Source: a virus
Taxonomy: Duplodnaviria; Caudoviricetes
Length of the DNA: 64,000 nucleotides
Direction: 5' to 3' (one strand)
Virus record (IMG/VR): IMGVR_UViG_3300050159_000048
Position 1 is the first letter of the stretch, and every line of letters starts with the position of its first letter. Below the pieces are notes generated by a model. The model worked only from the letters and a program-made list of their open reading frames with translations. It had not been told where the DNA came from and did no database searches. The position numbers were made by a program, and so were the translations under genes. Below, piece by piece: positions 1 through 9,683 of this stretch.

Positions 1-105
1 CCCACTTACCAATCTGCACCTGCAAGCCGGTGAAGATTGCCATGAATTGAAGGATGTAGCTGCGTAGCTGCGCATCATAGTAGTAGCCGTCTGCTTGGTA
101 TGCCA

Positions 106-1659
106 TTATCGAATATTCCTTGCTGGTATCTTAGCTGGATTAGTTGTGTACTCTTCCAGATTGTTCTTCATTGTGTTGTACTGTTCGCGGCGGTCTGTCT
201 CCAGATAGATCCAACGATTCTTAGTCGCTGAATAACGGTACAGGCGGGTTGGTACGTCCTTGGCAGTACCTTCGTACGTCAACCGGTGGTGATCACCATC
301 GTTTGCGTTAGCCACATCAGGCAGCACAGGTCCTTCCGTGAACGGAGCGCCGTTTTGAGGAATGCCGTCCTCGACAAACAGTCCCGTCTTGTTAAAGTTC
401 ATCTTGCGGATGTGAGGGAATCCTGACGCCTTAGCGGTATTTAATTCCTCATCAGTGAACTCACGTATGGTGTTCGATCCCTCGCTGCCGTATTCAGGCA
501 CTGCCGTCTTTGCATCAGCTGCAATATTGTGCGTGATGACGGAGAAGTCTTGATACTCCGCACCCTTCTTGTTGGAAGTGGCAAACAGGTCGGAATTGTC
601 TACCATGGTGCGCAGATCACCGAAGATGTCCTGTGTTTCTTGCGATGCGAGAGCTTGTTTTGCTGTAATTGCTAGAATAGTTGGTGTCCACCCCGGGGTA
701 TATGACGAAGAATCCCACGTCACGTCCGTCACTTCAAGGAAGCGTTTTACTTCACGCAAGTCTGGAGTATATTGCGCTTCGCTCGGCAGCTCAATGATGT
801 CACCAATGATAACAGGTCGACCTAGCTTCTCGATACAATGTCCAAAGTTCAGTTTGATTGTGTATGTGTCTTGCCACGCTGCACCAAACTGACCAAGATC
901 CATCATCGGAGCGACAATGTCGTAAAACCCACGGCAGGCAATTGCGGGCTGTGAATAGTCACGATCCCGATTCTCCATCAGGATTTTGTCTTGGATGTTG
1001 TCAAACTTTGTGGCCTCATATTCCATGAGCTCCAGGGCTTGAACGCCCCACGCATCACATTGACCTCCAACGAATCCAATCGGACGAAGCCTCCAGTACC
1101 GATTGGGCGCGGAGCTTTTGAATGTAACTGTGTTTAACACATCATCATTCGGCAGGTCAACCACGGCAACGCCGTACCATTGGACGTTGTCGTCAGATCG
1201 CTCTATGCGGACTTTGGCAACGCGGAGTAGAGGGTTTGCACTCTGTTTGATCTTCATAGATGCGATATGCACACGAACATTGGCGTCAACACCATATCGA
1301 CGACGACCGTTAGCAATCTTCACCTCACCGAAGTCGTATCCAATGTATGCTGATGCGCTGATTGCCTGTGTGCCAGTTTGACGTGACCGCCATTCATTTG
1401 CAGTGGTGGTGAATGCGTTTGCTGCTGGGTAGTTGGGGGCATCCCCACCCGACAGTGCCTTGCCGTTTCCTGCCAAGTCGACCAAGCGCTGTTGTTCGTG
1501 AATGCCGAGTAATTTATGGACATTAATCGTTGCACCAGCAATGTTTAGCGATTCTTGTTGCAACAAACTTGCATACGTATCAGTACGGCCCTGGGCAGAG
1601 AAGTCCCAGGGCTGACATACGTTAGGCGTCTTGCATTTTAGGGTTGGGTTTGTTGCCAT
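106..1659 (-). CDS. Neck/head-completion protein, T4 gp14-like, with inserted F5/8 (discoidin)-like domain
   Basis: 517-aa ORF. Segment RGFYD...MDLGQFG...LGRPVIIGDIIELP resembles gp14; lies directly downstream of a gp13-like gene. Confidence 0.7.
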   Translation of the reverse strand: MATNPTLKCKTPNVCQPWDFSAQGRTDTYASLLQQESLNIAGATINVHKLLGIHEQQRLVDLAGNGKALSGGDAPNYPAANAFTTTANEWRSRQTGTQAISASAYIGYDFGEVKIANGRRRYGVDANVRVHIASMKIKQSANPLLRVAKVRIERSDDNVQWYGVAVVDLPNDDVLNTVTFKSSAPNRYWRLRPIGFVGGQCDAWGVQALELMEYEATKFDNIQDKILMENRDRDYSQPAIACRGFYDIVAPMMDLGQFGAAWQDTYTIKLNFGHCIEKLGRPVIIGDIIELPSEAQYTPDLREVKRFLEVTDVTWDSSSYTPGWTPTILAITAKQALASQETQDIFGDLRTMVDNSDLFATSNKKGAEYQDFSVITHNIAADAKTAVPEYGSEGSNTIREFTDEELNTAKASGFPHIRKMNFNKTGLFVEDGIPQNGAPFTEGPVLPDVANANDGDHHRLTYEGTAKDVPTRLYRYSATKNRWIYLETDRREQYNTMKNNLEEYTTNPAKIPARNIR

Positions 1660-1665
1660 TGTAGA

Positions 1666-4641
1666 TTATCCAAATACGAAGTGTGCACCCATGCCGTACT
1701 CATCCGGCTTATCGGCGATGTAGTCATCAATTTCCTGCAGACAAGCTTCAATTTCTTGCTGAGCAGCTTGACGCAATTCACCTGCGTTGAGTGTAATTGA
1801 GCCACCCGCTCCAGGGAGTGTAGAGAACTTGCCGCGCGTTTCTGCAAGCATCAAACGGCACATAGCAGCCGCATAGCGACGAATCCACGGATTGGCGTAA
1901 CGATCCGACATAATGTCTTGCTCCGTCCGCTCAATCGTTGCTTCAATTGCAACCATCTGCTCAGCCATGCTGAAGCGGTGGTGCAGGAACAATTCACGTG
2001 TTTGCTCATTCCATGTGTAGGTTACGCGTCCAGCAAATAGAATTTCCATCAACTTGGTGTATTCGCCCATCAAGTGGTAGCTCAATAGGTCAAAAGTGCC
2101 CATGTTGTACATATGTTGCATCACAATCTGGCCGTAAACGCCGGCGCCGTGTGCTGACGACAAGAATGAAGACGTTAAGCGGTACACGCCCAGCACATCA
2201 ACAATCTTGTTCATGTCTGATATTTTGTTGGTCAGGAAGAACTTCTGCTCATTCGCCTTGATGCTCATGAAGAAAAATCCGCGCTTGTACGCAACGCCGG
2301 AACGCATGCGCAGCTCACGAAGGGCTCGTGAGATTGCGTAATCCATCTGCTCCTTTGTGATTTCAACGTCAACATTTGGATAGCCTAATTCGTACCGAAT
2401 ATCCATGCCAATCTGCTCACGCATTGCCACTGAGCCGTCAGTACCAATGCCCATTTCCATGTACGTTGGTGTACTGGATGCCCCGTCCGTACCTGGAGAC
2501 AAGTCTCCAAGCGTTGGTGGAGTTGTCATTGAGCTGAATAGGTCGCCGTCCTTAATGCGAACCATGGAGGTGCTGCCAACCGTGTTGTCGGTGAACAGAA
2601 GATTGCCGTTGCAATCCAGTTCAACTGTAGCTGGCGGTGTCGCAGCTACCCACGCTGTTCCGTTCCATTGCTTCAGAATATTCGTAGTGGTGTCATACCA
2701 CATCGCGCCCTTGACTGGTGGTTGTGGGGTAGCGTTGTATACTACGGCTTGCCACGCCGCCCCGTTCCATTGCTGAAGGGCGTTGAATGGAGTGTTGTAC
2801 CAGAATGTGCCAATAGGCATCAAAGCTGGGTCTGTTGTAAATGCGACTGGCGTAATTGGAGACCATCCAGATACCGTACGTACGTGCCACACATTGCCGT
2901 TGTACCAAACGGAACCAACTGTTACCGCAGTTCGTGGATCAGTCGGCGAGGTGATTACAGCCTGCTCCGCAAAGCAGTTGTTACCGTAAATGTACAGCTT
3001 GCCTGTATCCGTGTCAATCCAAGCGGAACCATCCGCGAACGTTGGTGCCAATGCGGGATCGTTTGGTTGGTCTACAAAGTTTGTTACAGCAACCCACGAA
3101 TTTTGTAGTTGATCCCACACAAATAGGATGCCGGCTACGGTATTCCACCACGCATCGCACGAACCTCGCACGGTAGGATCATTTGGGAACGTAATAACGT
3201 CGTTCTCATTCCAGGATGTGTTGCTTGCATCGCGGATGTAGAGGTTTTCCGTGATCGGATTGTACCAAATCTTGCCCGGTGCAGGCGTAGACGGCTCAAC
3301 CTCACGAATGGAAACCCCAGAAACAACATTCCATCCAGCATTAGGAATGCCTAACTGCTTCAGGGTATTCGTGGACGAATCAAACCAGAATGCTCCTGGC
3401 TGTAGTTGTGTTGGGTTGACGTCCGATTCCATGAATTCGGCTGCATTCCACATCTCAAGCGCGGAATTCCAACGGTACAACCGGTTCAGTACTGTGTTAT
3501 ACCAAAACGACCCACCAACAGGAGCAACAGCAAGCGAAGGGTCTGTAGCTTGGACTGTGGTGCTAATTGAGCACCACGCGTAACCATTCCATAGATGAAC
3601 TACCGTACCGTCATACCAATACGACTTGTCCGCAGCAGGTGCGGCAGGGTCGAGTGGATTGTTGTATACCGTAACTATTACCCAAGCGTTCGTTTGCCAT
3701 ACTTGCAGCACGTTTGTGGTCGGATTAAACCAATACGTGCCGTCGGCAACAATATTTGGTTGGGATATGCCGACCAAACACGCAATCTCAGTGTACGATG
3801 TGCCATTCCACTGGAACAGTTTTGATTGTTGGGAGTTCCAGTAATAATGATTTGTGCCAGGCGATGTAGGACCTTGTGGAGCATTACCGATCAACGCTAG
3901 CTGTTTGTTGATTTCTGCAACCAGCGATTGGTAATCTTGAGCATTTGCGCTTGCGACATTAATGGTATACGTTGGCGCAACGAGATTACATTCGCCAACG
4001 TAGAGAGGACGAAGTGGCTTGGGATCTACTCCAAGCTGAATCGTGAAATTGTATATCGCTGGCTGTGGCTGTGCAGGAGGCAGAGGTGACGTTAGTAGCG
4101 GTAGTCCTGTGGAATCTGTAGGCTGCACGCCCGTGGGAATTGTCGTGGGCTTTAGGAATGCGATTTGAGTACCGCGTGTACCGTCCGTGCCGCGGTTAAC
4201 AAACTCAGTTGAATAAGCGTGAACGCCCTCCACAAAGTACCGGTGTTGGCAGTCAGCGGGGTATCCAGCCACAAAGTACGCTGTATTTGGCAGCAACCCA
4301 GTAATGTCCAGCATAGTGGTGACGCGGTCACCATAGAATGCGCCAACAACATAAGCATCACCGATTTTATCACCTGCGAACAGGTTGGAGTCTCCAGTGG
4401 GGTCGGAGCTGTATACCGTGCCGTTCTTTGGGGACGTTGAGGCGGACGCAGGAGTAGTGTTCAGCGTGAGAACAATACCACAATATGCTTGAGTTTCAGC
4501 ATCGCAGCCCGCAGCAGGGGCTGGAATGTTCCAACTAATACGTCCAGTATTTGGACCCGTTCGGTCAAACTTGATTGTAACATTTAACGCCTCTGAACGC
4601 AAGATTCCTGGCGCGGATAGTTGGATGTCGTAAGTGCTCAT
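1666..4641 (-). CDS. Neck protein, T4 gp13-like C-terminus with long N-terminal Trp-rich repeat extension
   Basis: 991 aa. C-terminal ELGYPNVDVEITKEQMDYAISRAL...RYAAAMCRLMLAETRGKF...GSITLNA is gp13-like. Confidence 0.75.
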   Translation of the reverse strand: MSTYDIQLSAPGILRSEALNVTIKFDRTGPNTGRISWNIPAPAAGCDAETQAYCGIVLTLNTTPASASTSPKNGTVYSSDPTGDSNLFAGDKIGDAYVVGAFYGDRVTTMLDITGLLPNTAYFVAGYPADCQHRYFVEGVHAYSTEFVNRGTDGTRGTQIAFLKPTTIPTGVQPTDSTGLPLLTSPLPPAQPQPAIYNFTIQLGVDPKPLRPLYVGECNLVAPTYTINVASANAQDYQSLVAEINKQLALIGNAPQGPTSPGTNHYYWNSQQSKLFQWNGTSYTEIACLVGISQPNIVADGTYWFNPTTNVLQVWQTNAWVIVTVYNNPLDPAAPAADKSYWYDGTVVHLWNGYAWCSISTTVQATDPSLAVAPVGGSFWYNTVLNRLYRWNSALEMWNAAEFMESDVNPTQLQPGAFWFDSSTNTLKQLGIPNAGWNVVSGVSIREVEPSTPAPGKIWYNPITENLYIRDASNTSWNENDVITFPNDPTVRGSCDAWWNTVAGILFVWDQLQNSWVAVTNFVDQPNDPALAPTFADGSAWIDTDTGKLYIYGNNCFAEQAVITSPTDPRTAVTVGSVWYNGNVWHVRTVSGWSPITPVAFTTDPALMPIGTFWYNTPFNALQQWNGAAWQAVVYNATPQPPVKGAMWYDTTTNILKQWNGTAWVAATPPATVELDCNGNLLFTDNTVGSTSMVRIKDGDLFSSMTTPPTLGDLSPGTDGASSTPTYMEMGIGTDGSVAMREQIGMDIRYELGYPNVDVEITKEQMDYAISRALRELRMRSGVAYKRGFFFMSIKANEQKFFLTNKISDMNKIVDVLGVYRLTSSFLSSAHGAGVYGQIVMQHMYNMGTFDLLSYHLMGEYTKLMEILFAGRVTYTWNEQTRELFLHHRFSMAEQMVAIEATIERTEQDIMSDRYANPWIRRYAAAMCRLMLAETRGKFSTLPGAGGSITLNAGELRQAAQQEIEACLQEIDDYIADKPDEYGMGAHFVFG

Positions 4642-4666
4642 ACTGAGATTTCCTCGTTATGAGCGT

Positions 4667-4674
4667 TATTTATG
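4667..4674 (-). promoter_or_regulatory. T4-like late promoter (CATAAATA)
   Basis: Motif 25 nt upstream of the neck gene start. Confidence 0.7.
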
Positions 4675-4687
4675 GGCTGAGAATAAA

Positions 4688-4715
4688 AAGAAAGCCGGCA
4701 TATGCCGGCTTTCTT
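4688..4715 (-). terminator. Rho-independent terminator
   Basis: 12-bp inverted repeat AAGAAAGCCGGC/GCCGGCTTTCTT with U tract on the minus strand. Confidence 0.8.
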
Positions 4716-4722
4716 GAGCGTA

Positions 4723-5340
4723 TTACGTGTATTCGTTTTCGTCGATAGGCTCTTCAGCCAAGATTGCGAGCAGCAGCTCGTGTGGTTTGCGACGCTTGCG
4801 CTTGGACGATCGTTCATTGAGGATGGCTTGGTCTTTTGCAGCGATCAAACCACGCACGCGCTGGTGTGCTTCCAGGGCTTGTTCCAGTGTCCCATAATCA
4901 GTACACTGATCCACCATTTCGCACAGTTCCGTCACCATAGCGTCGGCGATGTCAATCATCATGCGGTGATCAAACTTGTAAAACAATTGAGTCACTGGCT
5001 CAATTACCAGATGGTACATTGGAAGATTGCGACGCCGCTGGAGAGCTTGGTCACGGTCGTCAAGTCCTGACAGCAGATATGTGGCCATCAGTTTCAGGAC
5101 TTCTTTCGGGGCATTGTATGGAGTGTCTTGGTATTTCTGCTTACCAACCATCTCTGATGTTGATTTGAAGGCATCCGCTACACTACGCAGAGCTGCCTTC
5201 AAATCACCCTCATCGGTGATCCACCTTAGCTGAAGCGGGTCAGGAGAATAGAACATTCCCAGTAGTCGAATATAGGTACTGATGCCACTCCGAATCGGAG
5301 CGAGTTCTTGTTCGGTAAACATCAACGAAAGTACTGCCAT
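4723..5340 (-). CDS. Hypothetical helical protein
   Basis: Start moved to ATG 5340, which is preceded by AGGAGACCAC. No family recognised. Confidence 0.7.
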   Translation of the reverse strand: MAVLSLMFTEQELAPIRSGISTYIRLLGMFYSPDPLQLRWITDEGDLKAALRSVADAFKSTSEMVGKQKYQDTPYNAPKEVLKLMATYLLSGLDDRDQALQRRRNLPMYHLVIEPVTQLFYKFDHRMMIDIADAMVTELCEMVDQCTDYGTLEQALEAHQRVRGLIAAKDQAILNERSSKRKRRKPHELLLAILAEEPIDENEYT

Positions 5341-5409
5341 GTGGTCTCCTAAAACCAAGTCGCTAGAAGTTAGTGAGTCGCTCATCCGCATGAATCGTCA
5401 CACACTTCA

Positions 5410-5439
5410 AAAATAGAATGAGCGAATTGTATTCGTCAA
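5410..5439 (-). promoter_or_regulatory. Candidate sigma70 promoter
   Basis: TTGACG-N18-TATTTT. Confidence 0.4.
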
Positions 5440-5443
5440 AAGG

Positions 5444-5467
5444 AAAAGGAGGCAACAGCCTCCTTTT
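5444..5467 (-). terminator. Rho-independent terminator
   Basis: AAAAGGAGGC-aaca-GCCTCCTTTT. Confidence 0.75.
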
Positions 5468-5485
5468 GATATTCGGGTATTTGGG

Positions 5486-6040
5486 TTACATTCGTGATTG
5501 TCTCATCGCGGAATCCACCTTTTGTTGTAGTGTTCGAGCTCGTTTTGCGAGTTGTTCACCTTGAGGAGATCGCATGTCAACTGACTTGGTGTACTTTTGG
5601 ATCATATCCGCGTACATTTGTTGAATGTTTGGATACCGAGAGCCGTGTTGAGCAATGATGCGCACAGCGTCCGTGACAAGTCCGTCTGGTGCTACACTAG
5701 CTTTTAGTAGCACGTTGAGAGTGTTGGATTTTTTGATTGGGTCGTTTGAGTTGGGCAGTTGGAACGACAGAGCGTGGATTCCAGCAAGAAAAGACGCTAC
5801 AGAGTTCAAATGCATCAATTTAATTGGTTCGCCTTTTTCGGCTGTAGTCGCAATGTTTGCGAGAACGTGCGTCGCAGCTTCCGATAGCTGGTGGGCATCT
5901 TCTGCTAAACGAGCCAGCCCTGCTTGTATTGCTTCTTGTTCTTCAGCTTCGCGCTTGATTGCCAGCGCTGTTGCTGGGATTAGCTTGAGCTTTGGTGCGT
6001 CACGACGTTGTTTTACAACGTCAGCAAGTTTTGTGTCCAT
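5486..6040 (-). CDS. Hypothetical protein (late, head module)
   Basis: 184-aa ORF with GGAG RBS; overlaps the upstream ORF. Confidence 0.7.
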   Translation of the reverse strand: MDTKLADVVKQRRDAPKLKLIPATALAIKREAEEQEAIQAGLARLAEDAHQLSEAATHVLANIATTAEKGEPIKLMHLNSVASFLAGIHALSFQLPNSNDPIKKSNTLNVLLKASVAPDGLVTDAVRIIAQHGSRYPNIQQMYADMIQKYTKSVDMRSPQGEQLAKRARTLQQKVDSAMRQSRM

Positions 6041-6374
6041 GATTTTCTCCAGGTCCTGCGTGTCTTGCCAGCCATTTTGTTAGCTTACTGCCTGACCAGA
6101 ACGTAGAACACACTTCACCTTCGTCAATCCCTTTAACCCCGTCAAATGTGATTGATTTTGGTGTGGGATCGTCAACATTATCATACTGCCATTCAACAAT
6201 TATCTTGTTCTTGGGCTTGAGACCAACTAATTGTTTCTCTTCTTCCGTCTCACCGATTGTGAGGGAGCAGTATTTCTTGACACTGTATTCTACGATTGCC
6301 ACAGGAGTGTTCTCGATAGCTTTCAGCAGTTGTTCCTTGCTAGCGAGGTATTGCTTAAATGTTAGTACGCCCAT
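6021..6374 (-). CDS. Hypothetical late protein with LTFKQYL N-terminal motif
   Basis: 117 aa, downstream of a CATAAATA motif. Confidence 0.7.
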   Translation of the reverse strand: MGVLTFKQYLASKEQLLKAIENTPVAIVEYSVKKYCSLTIGETEEEKQLVGLKPKNKIIVEWQYDNVDDPTPKSITFDGVKGIDEGEVCSTFWSGSKLTKWLARHAGPGENHGHKTC

Positions 6375-6405
6375 ATACTCACAAACTTAGGTAAATGATG
6401 AGGGA

Positions 6406-6413
6406 TATTTATG
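6406..6413 (-). promoter_or_regulatory. Late promoter (CATAAATA)
   Basis: Lies after the capsid terminator and upstream of ORF 6374. Confidence 0.7.
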
Positions 6414-6434
6414 TGGGGTGTGTAACCGGCAATA

Positions 6435-6460
6435 AAAAAGCCCGCCGAAGCGGGCTTTTT
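6435..6460 (-). terminator. Terminator after major capsid gene
   Basis: GCCCGC-TTCG-GCGGGC-TTTTT on the minus strand (cUUCGg loop). Confidence 0.9.
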
Positions 6461-6475
6461 GAGTGCTTGATGTGA

Positions 6476-7900
6476 TTAAGCGAACTGGAAGTTGCTTACG
6501 TTGATCTTGCCGTAGTAGTCCGCGCTGTTGCCAAGCGACGACTGAGAAGCGGTGAACGCTGTCTTGCCGTAGCGAGTCATCATCGAGACAACTGGTTGGA
6601 AGGTGACCGGGTTGATCACAACACCGCTTGACATCAGAGGGATGTATGGGCAGTAGAAGTAGCCAGTGTCGGTTTCACCATTGCCGCCCTTGTAACCAAC
6701 AAGGATGGTGTCAGCAGCTGCTGCTCCCAGGCCTTGCACTTGGTTCCACAGGTAGCTGTAGACTTTGATTGTGCCGTTCAGCGTACCGACCAGCATTGAG
6801 TTGTTAGGACCCTTGAACGAGCCAGCAACAGCAGGTGCGAACACCGACTTAGCAGCAGATTGCAGGATCGAAACAACCATTGGGCTAACCACAATGAAGT
6901 TACCAGCACCACGACGGGTCTTACGAGCGATTTCGTTAGCAACTGCGTTGATCACAACGCCGAGGTTTGCGAAACGGTCACCCAGGTATGCAGGCTGATA
7001 GCCGGTCACACCAACGGTCGAGTAGTCGTATGCAGCAACTGTACCAGCCAGAGCTGTCAGGTCCGACAGAATTTCGCTGTCGATTTCCTGAACGATTTCA
7101 GCGGAGATGACTTGCGTCAGTTCGCTTTCCAGATCCATGCCGTGCTGCGACTTCAGGTCTTGCATAGCTTCGATCGTCCAGCCGGCTTGCAGCTTACGAG
7201 TCGTGGATTCAACAGCTTGCGACACAACTTCCAGCTTAACCTTACGGCCACCAGAACCTTCGATGAACGAACCCGAACCACCGTACAGCGAGCCAGAAAC
7301 TTGCTGACCCAGACCGTTCGAGTAAGGACCGAACTTAGAAGTGTTGTGCGAAGGCAGGCTTGAAGGCCAGCCGCCACGTGAAGCTGCACCAGCGATTTCA
7401 ACTGGTTCACCTTCAGGGTTTGTCATGCCGGATGCACCAGCGGTTTGTGCCAGAGGCGTACCAACAACGGTACCAGCAGCACCAGAATAGAACTGACGCA
7501 GAACTGGGTTGTTACCGAACATTTCAGCGTCAGCAGCGATGGTACCGTCTGAACCGTTAGCGGTCCATGGGTTACCGTCAGCACCTGCTGCAGGAACGGC
7601 GACGGCTTCACCGTACTTGTAACGCATCGAGTACACCAGACCGACGGGACCTTGCATTGGCTGAACGCCAACCAGTTCCGTAGCGATGGTGCCAGGGATG
7701 ATACGACGAATCATCGGGATCAGGATCTTGCGGAAACCTGCGATGTCGTTTGCTGCCACAGAGCCTTGAGCTGCAGTTTCAGCCAGGATGTGTTGCTTTT
7801 GGTTTTCCAGAAGTGTGCCAACGATTTGCTTCTTAGAAGTATCGAGACCTTCAAGGAGAGTTTCCTTCACTTCCGACCAGTTTTCAAAAAGTTCATTCAT
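6476..7900 (-). CDS. Major capsid protein, T4 gp23-like
   Basis: Motifs GVQPMQGPVGLVYSMRY, RKLQAGWTIEAMQDL, YCPYIPL, MTRYG. Confidence 0.95.
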   Translation of the reverse strand: MNELFENWSEVKETLLEGLDTSKKQIVGTLLENQKQHILAETAAQGSVAANDIAGFRKILIPMIRRIIPGTIATELVGVQPMQGPVGLVYSMRYKYGEAVAVPAAGADGNPWTANGSDGTIAADAEMFGNNPVLRQFYSGAAGTVVGTPLAQTAGASGMTNPEGEPVEIAGAASRGGWPSSLPSHNTSKFGPYSNGLGQQVSGSLYGGSGSFIEGSGGRKVKLEVVSQAVESTTRKLQAGWTIEAMQDLKSQHGMDLESELTQVISAEIVQEIDSEILSDLTALAGTVAAYDYSTVGVTGYQPAYLGDRFANLGVVINAVANEIARKTRRGAGNFIVVSPMVVSILQSAAKSVFAPAVAGSFKGPNNSMLVGTLNGTIKVYSYLWNQVQGLGAAAADTILVGYKGGNGETDTGYFYCPYIPLMSSGVVINPVTFQPVVSMMTRYGKTAFTASQSSLGNSADYYGKINVSNFQFA

Positions 7901-7949
7901 GACTTTTCCTTTGTGAGTTGTTTAAGAGTTACTTAGCTTTGGTTAGCGA

Positions 7950-8885
7950 TTAGACGCCGCCGAGACGACGAGCCCAAGCGCGGGTAGCGTCAGAAATTGT
8001 TGGCTGTTGCTTAGGCTCTTGACTGTGGACCGATTCCTCAATCATTTGCTCTTCGTTGTCGCCAGACTTCACAACGCCGCTTACTGTCTTCACTTGTTTA
8101 CCTTCAGCCAGTACTTCATCTTCCTTCTCTGAGGTCTTTACGTCCTTAGCAGACGTTTCTTTCAGCACACGACCTACGTAGGTCTTGTACGCTTCTTCAA
8201 GAAGAGGTGTGTCCACATTCTTGAGGATAGCTTCCATCACTTCCCTCGTGCGGCCAGAGAGAGGTGCGAGAACTTTTTCCAGCTTGATGGAACGTTCCAT
8301 CTTGCCCAGCTTCTTTTCAGCTTCTTCCAGAGTGTGCAGGGTGTCTTCCAGACGCTGCTCAGCTTCAGTCAGTTTAGCCTGTGTTGAGTCATCGTCAGCG
8401 TAGTGCTTCTTGAACTCAGTCACAAATGCTTCAAATACCTTCTTACCGAACTCTTGCTTCTTAACGGTGTCAACGTCTTCGCGAAGCTCATCGAGTTCAG
8501 CGGTCAGACGGACTTCCAAGAAGCGGTCCAGCTTTTCAATCAGTTGTGCGATGTCCTTTTGAAGAGTAACCTTCATGTCGGCCTTAGCTTCAACCAGCTT
8601 TTCAGCAAATTCAGCTTCTAGGTCACGGAAACGGTTGATGTCTTCGTGTAGTTCGCTCAGTTCTTCCTTCATCGCTTCGGTAACCTTGGCATCCAAGGCT
8701 TCGATAACGATTTCACGCTCAGTGATCCATTGCTCGTTCAGTTCAGCCGTGACGTTCGCTTGAGCTTCGTCGCGGGCCTTCTGAATAGCTTCATCTAGCT
8801 TATTCGAGAAAGCTGCTTCTAGCTCTTGCTTTGTTTCCTCGGTCAGTACTTCCGCAGCAAGTAGTTTCTTCAGCAGTTCATCCAT
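7950..8885 (-). CDS. Prohead core scaffold, gp22-like
   Basis: Acidic coiled-coil 311 aa between the protease and capsid genes. Confidence 0.85.
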   Translation of the reverse strand: MDELLKKLLAAEVLTEETKQELEAAFSNKLDEAIQKARDEAQANVTAELNEQWITEREIVIEALDAKVTEAMKEELSELHEDINRFRDLEAEFAEKLVEAKADMKVTLQKDIAQLIEKLDRFLEVRLTAELDELREDVDTVKKQEFGKKVFEAFVTEFKKHYADDDSTQAKLTEAEQRLEDTLHTLEEAEKKLGKMERSIKLEKVLAPLSGRTREVMEAILKNVDTPLLEEAYKTYVGRVLKETSAKDVKTSEKEDEVLAEGKQVKTVSGVVKSGDNEEQMIEESVHSQEPKQQPTISDATRAWARRLGGV

Positions 8886-8930
8886 GTTGGAGTCTCCTTA
8901 GGAATTTGCACTATGCAAATTCGTGTGTTT

Positions 8931-8938
8931 TATTTATA
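8931..8938 (-). promoter_or_regulatory. Late promoter, perfect T4 consensus TATAAATA
   Basis: Upstream of the scaffold-capsid genes. Confidence 0.85.
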
Positions 8939-8982
8939 CGGCGGTCCCCGTGGGGTTGAACTTTTCTATGCGCACATACGAA

Positions 8983-9006
8983 AAAACCGCGTATTCACGC
9001 GGTTTT
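8983..9006 (-). terminator. Terminator after prohead protease
   Basis: AAAACCGCGT-attc-ACGCGGTTTT. Confidence 0.75.
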
Positions 9007-9030
9007 AACTGGTACCGGACTTTTTCGGTT

Positions 9031-9666
9031 TTAATGTTTTTTGAACAGATCGTTTGTGATAAACTGCATGATTTCCTTCTTGAAGTACTTTTGTGCAGCA
9101 GGGTCTTGGCGAACTTGTTCAGCCAGTGTCATCACCTTGGCCCCCTGTTTTGATTGCAGGGATTCGTACATCATTCCAGGATAAGCCTGAGGTGCACTTG
9201 GGGTGATAACAATGTCGTATGTGATGAACTGGAACCCTTGAACATCACCGCTCTCGTTTACGTTGCCAGCGCCACGGCTTGACACACCAATCTTCACACC
9301 ACTCTTCAGCAGCTCTTGGGCAATCAAACCCATTGGAGTGTTCAACAGCTTAGCCTTACCGTAAGCGTCGTTACCATTCATCCACATCTCTGTAATCACA
9401 TGCGAAATGCGATCACTGTTGATAGTGAGTGTCTGGGGATGGTCAAGTTCACCAAAAATGCCGTTACATTCCTTGATGCGCTGTGCTGCATTTCGGACTG
9501 CCTCGGAAATCTCGGTGATTGGGTAATTGCGACCGTTGCGGTTCTTGATAGAACTTTGCATGCAAATACCGTTCAACCACATAGACTTGCCGTCGGTTGA
9601 TGATTCGCTGATGATTCGCGCCTCTACGGGCGCCAATTCTTCAACGAGCAGAATAGGTGTTGTCAT
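9031..9666 (-). CDS. Prohead core protease, gp21-like
   Basis: GELDHP, VSSRG and YDIVITPSAP motifs. Start at ATG 9666 preferred (AGGT RBS). Confidence 0.92.
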   Translation of the reverse strand: MTTPILLVEELAPVEARIISESSTDGKSMWLNGICMQSSIKNRNGRNYPITEISEAVRNAAQRIKECNGIFGELDHPQTLTINSDRISHVITEMWMNGNDAYGKAKLLNTPMGLIAQELLKSGVKIGVSSRGAGNVNESGDVQGFQFITYDIVITPSAPQAYPGMMYESLQSKQGAKVMTLAEQVRQDPAAQKYFKKEIMQFITNDLFKKH

Positions 9667-9683
9667 AGCAGCCACCTATCAAA

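Noticed and set aside
2630-3865. Trp-rich repeats as a diversity-generating retroelement target
   Set aside because: Repeats are diverged at the DNA level; no near-identical template repeat or reverse transcriptase seen in the window.
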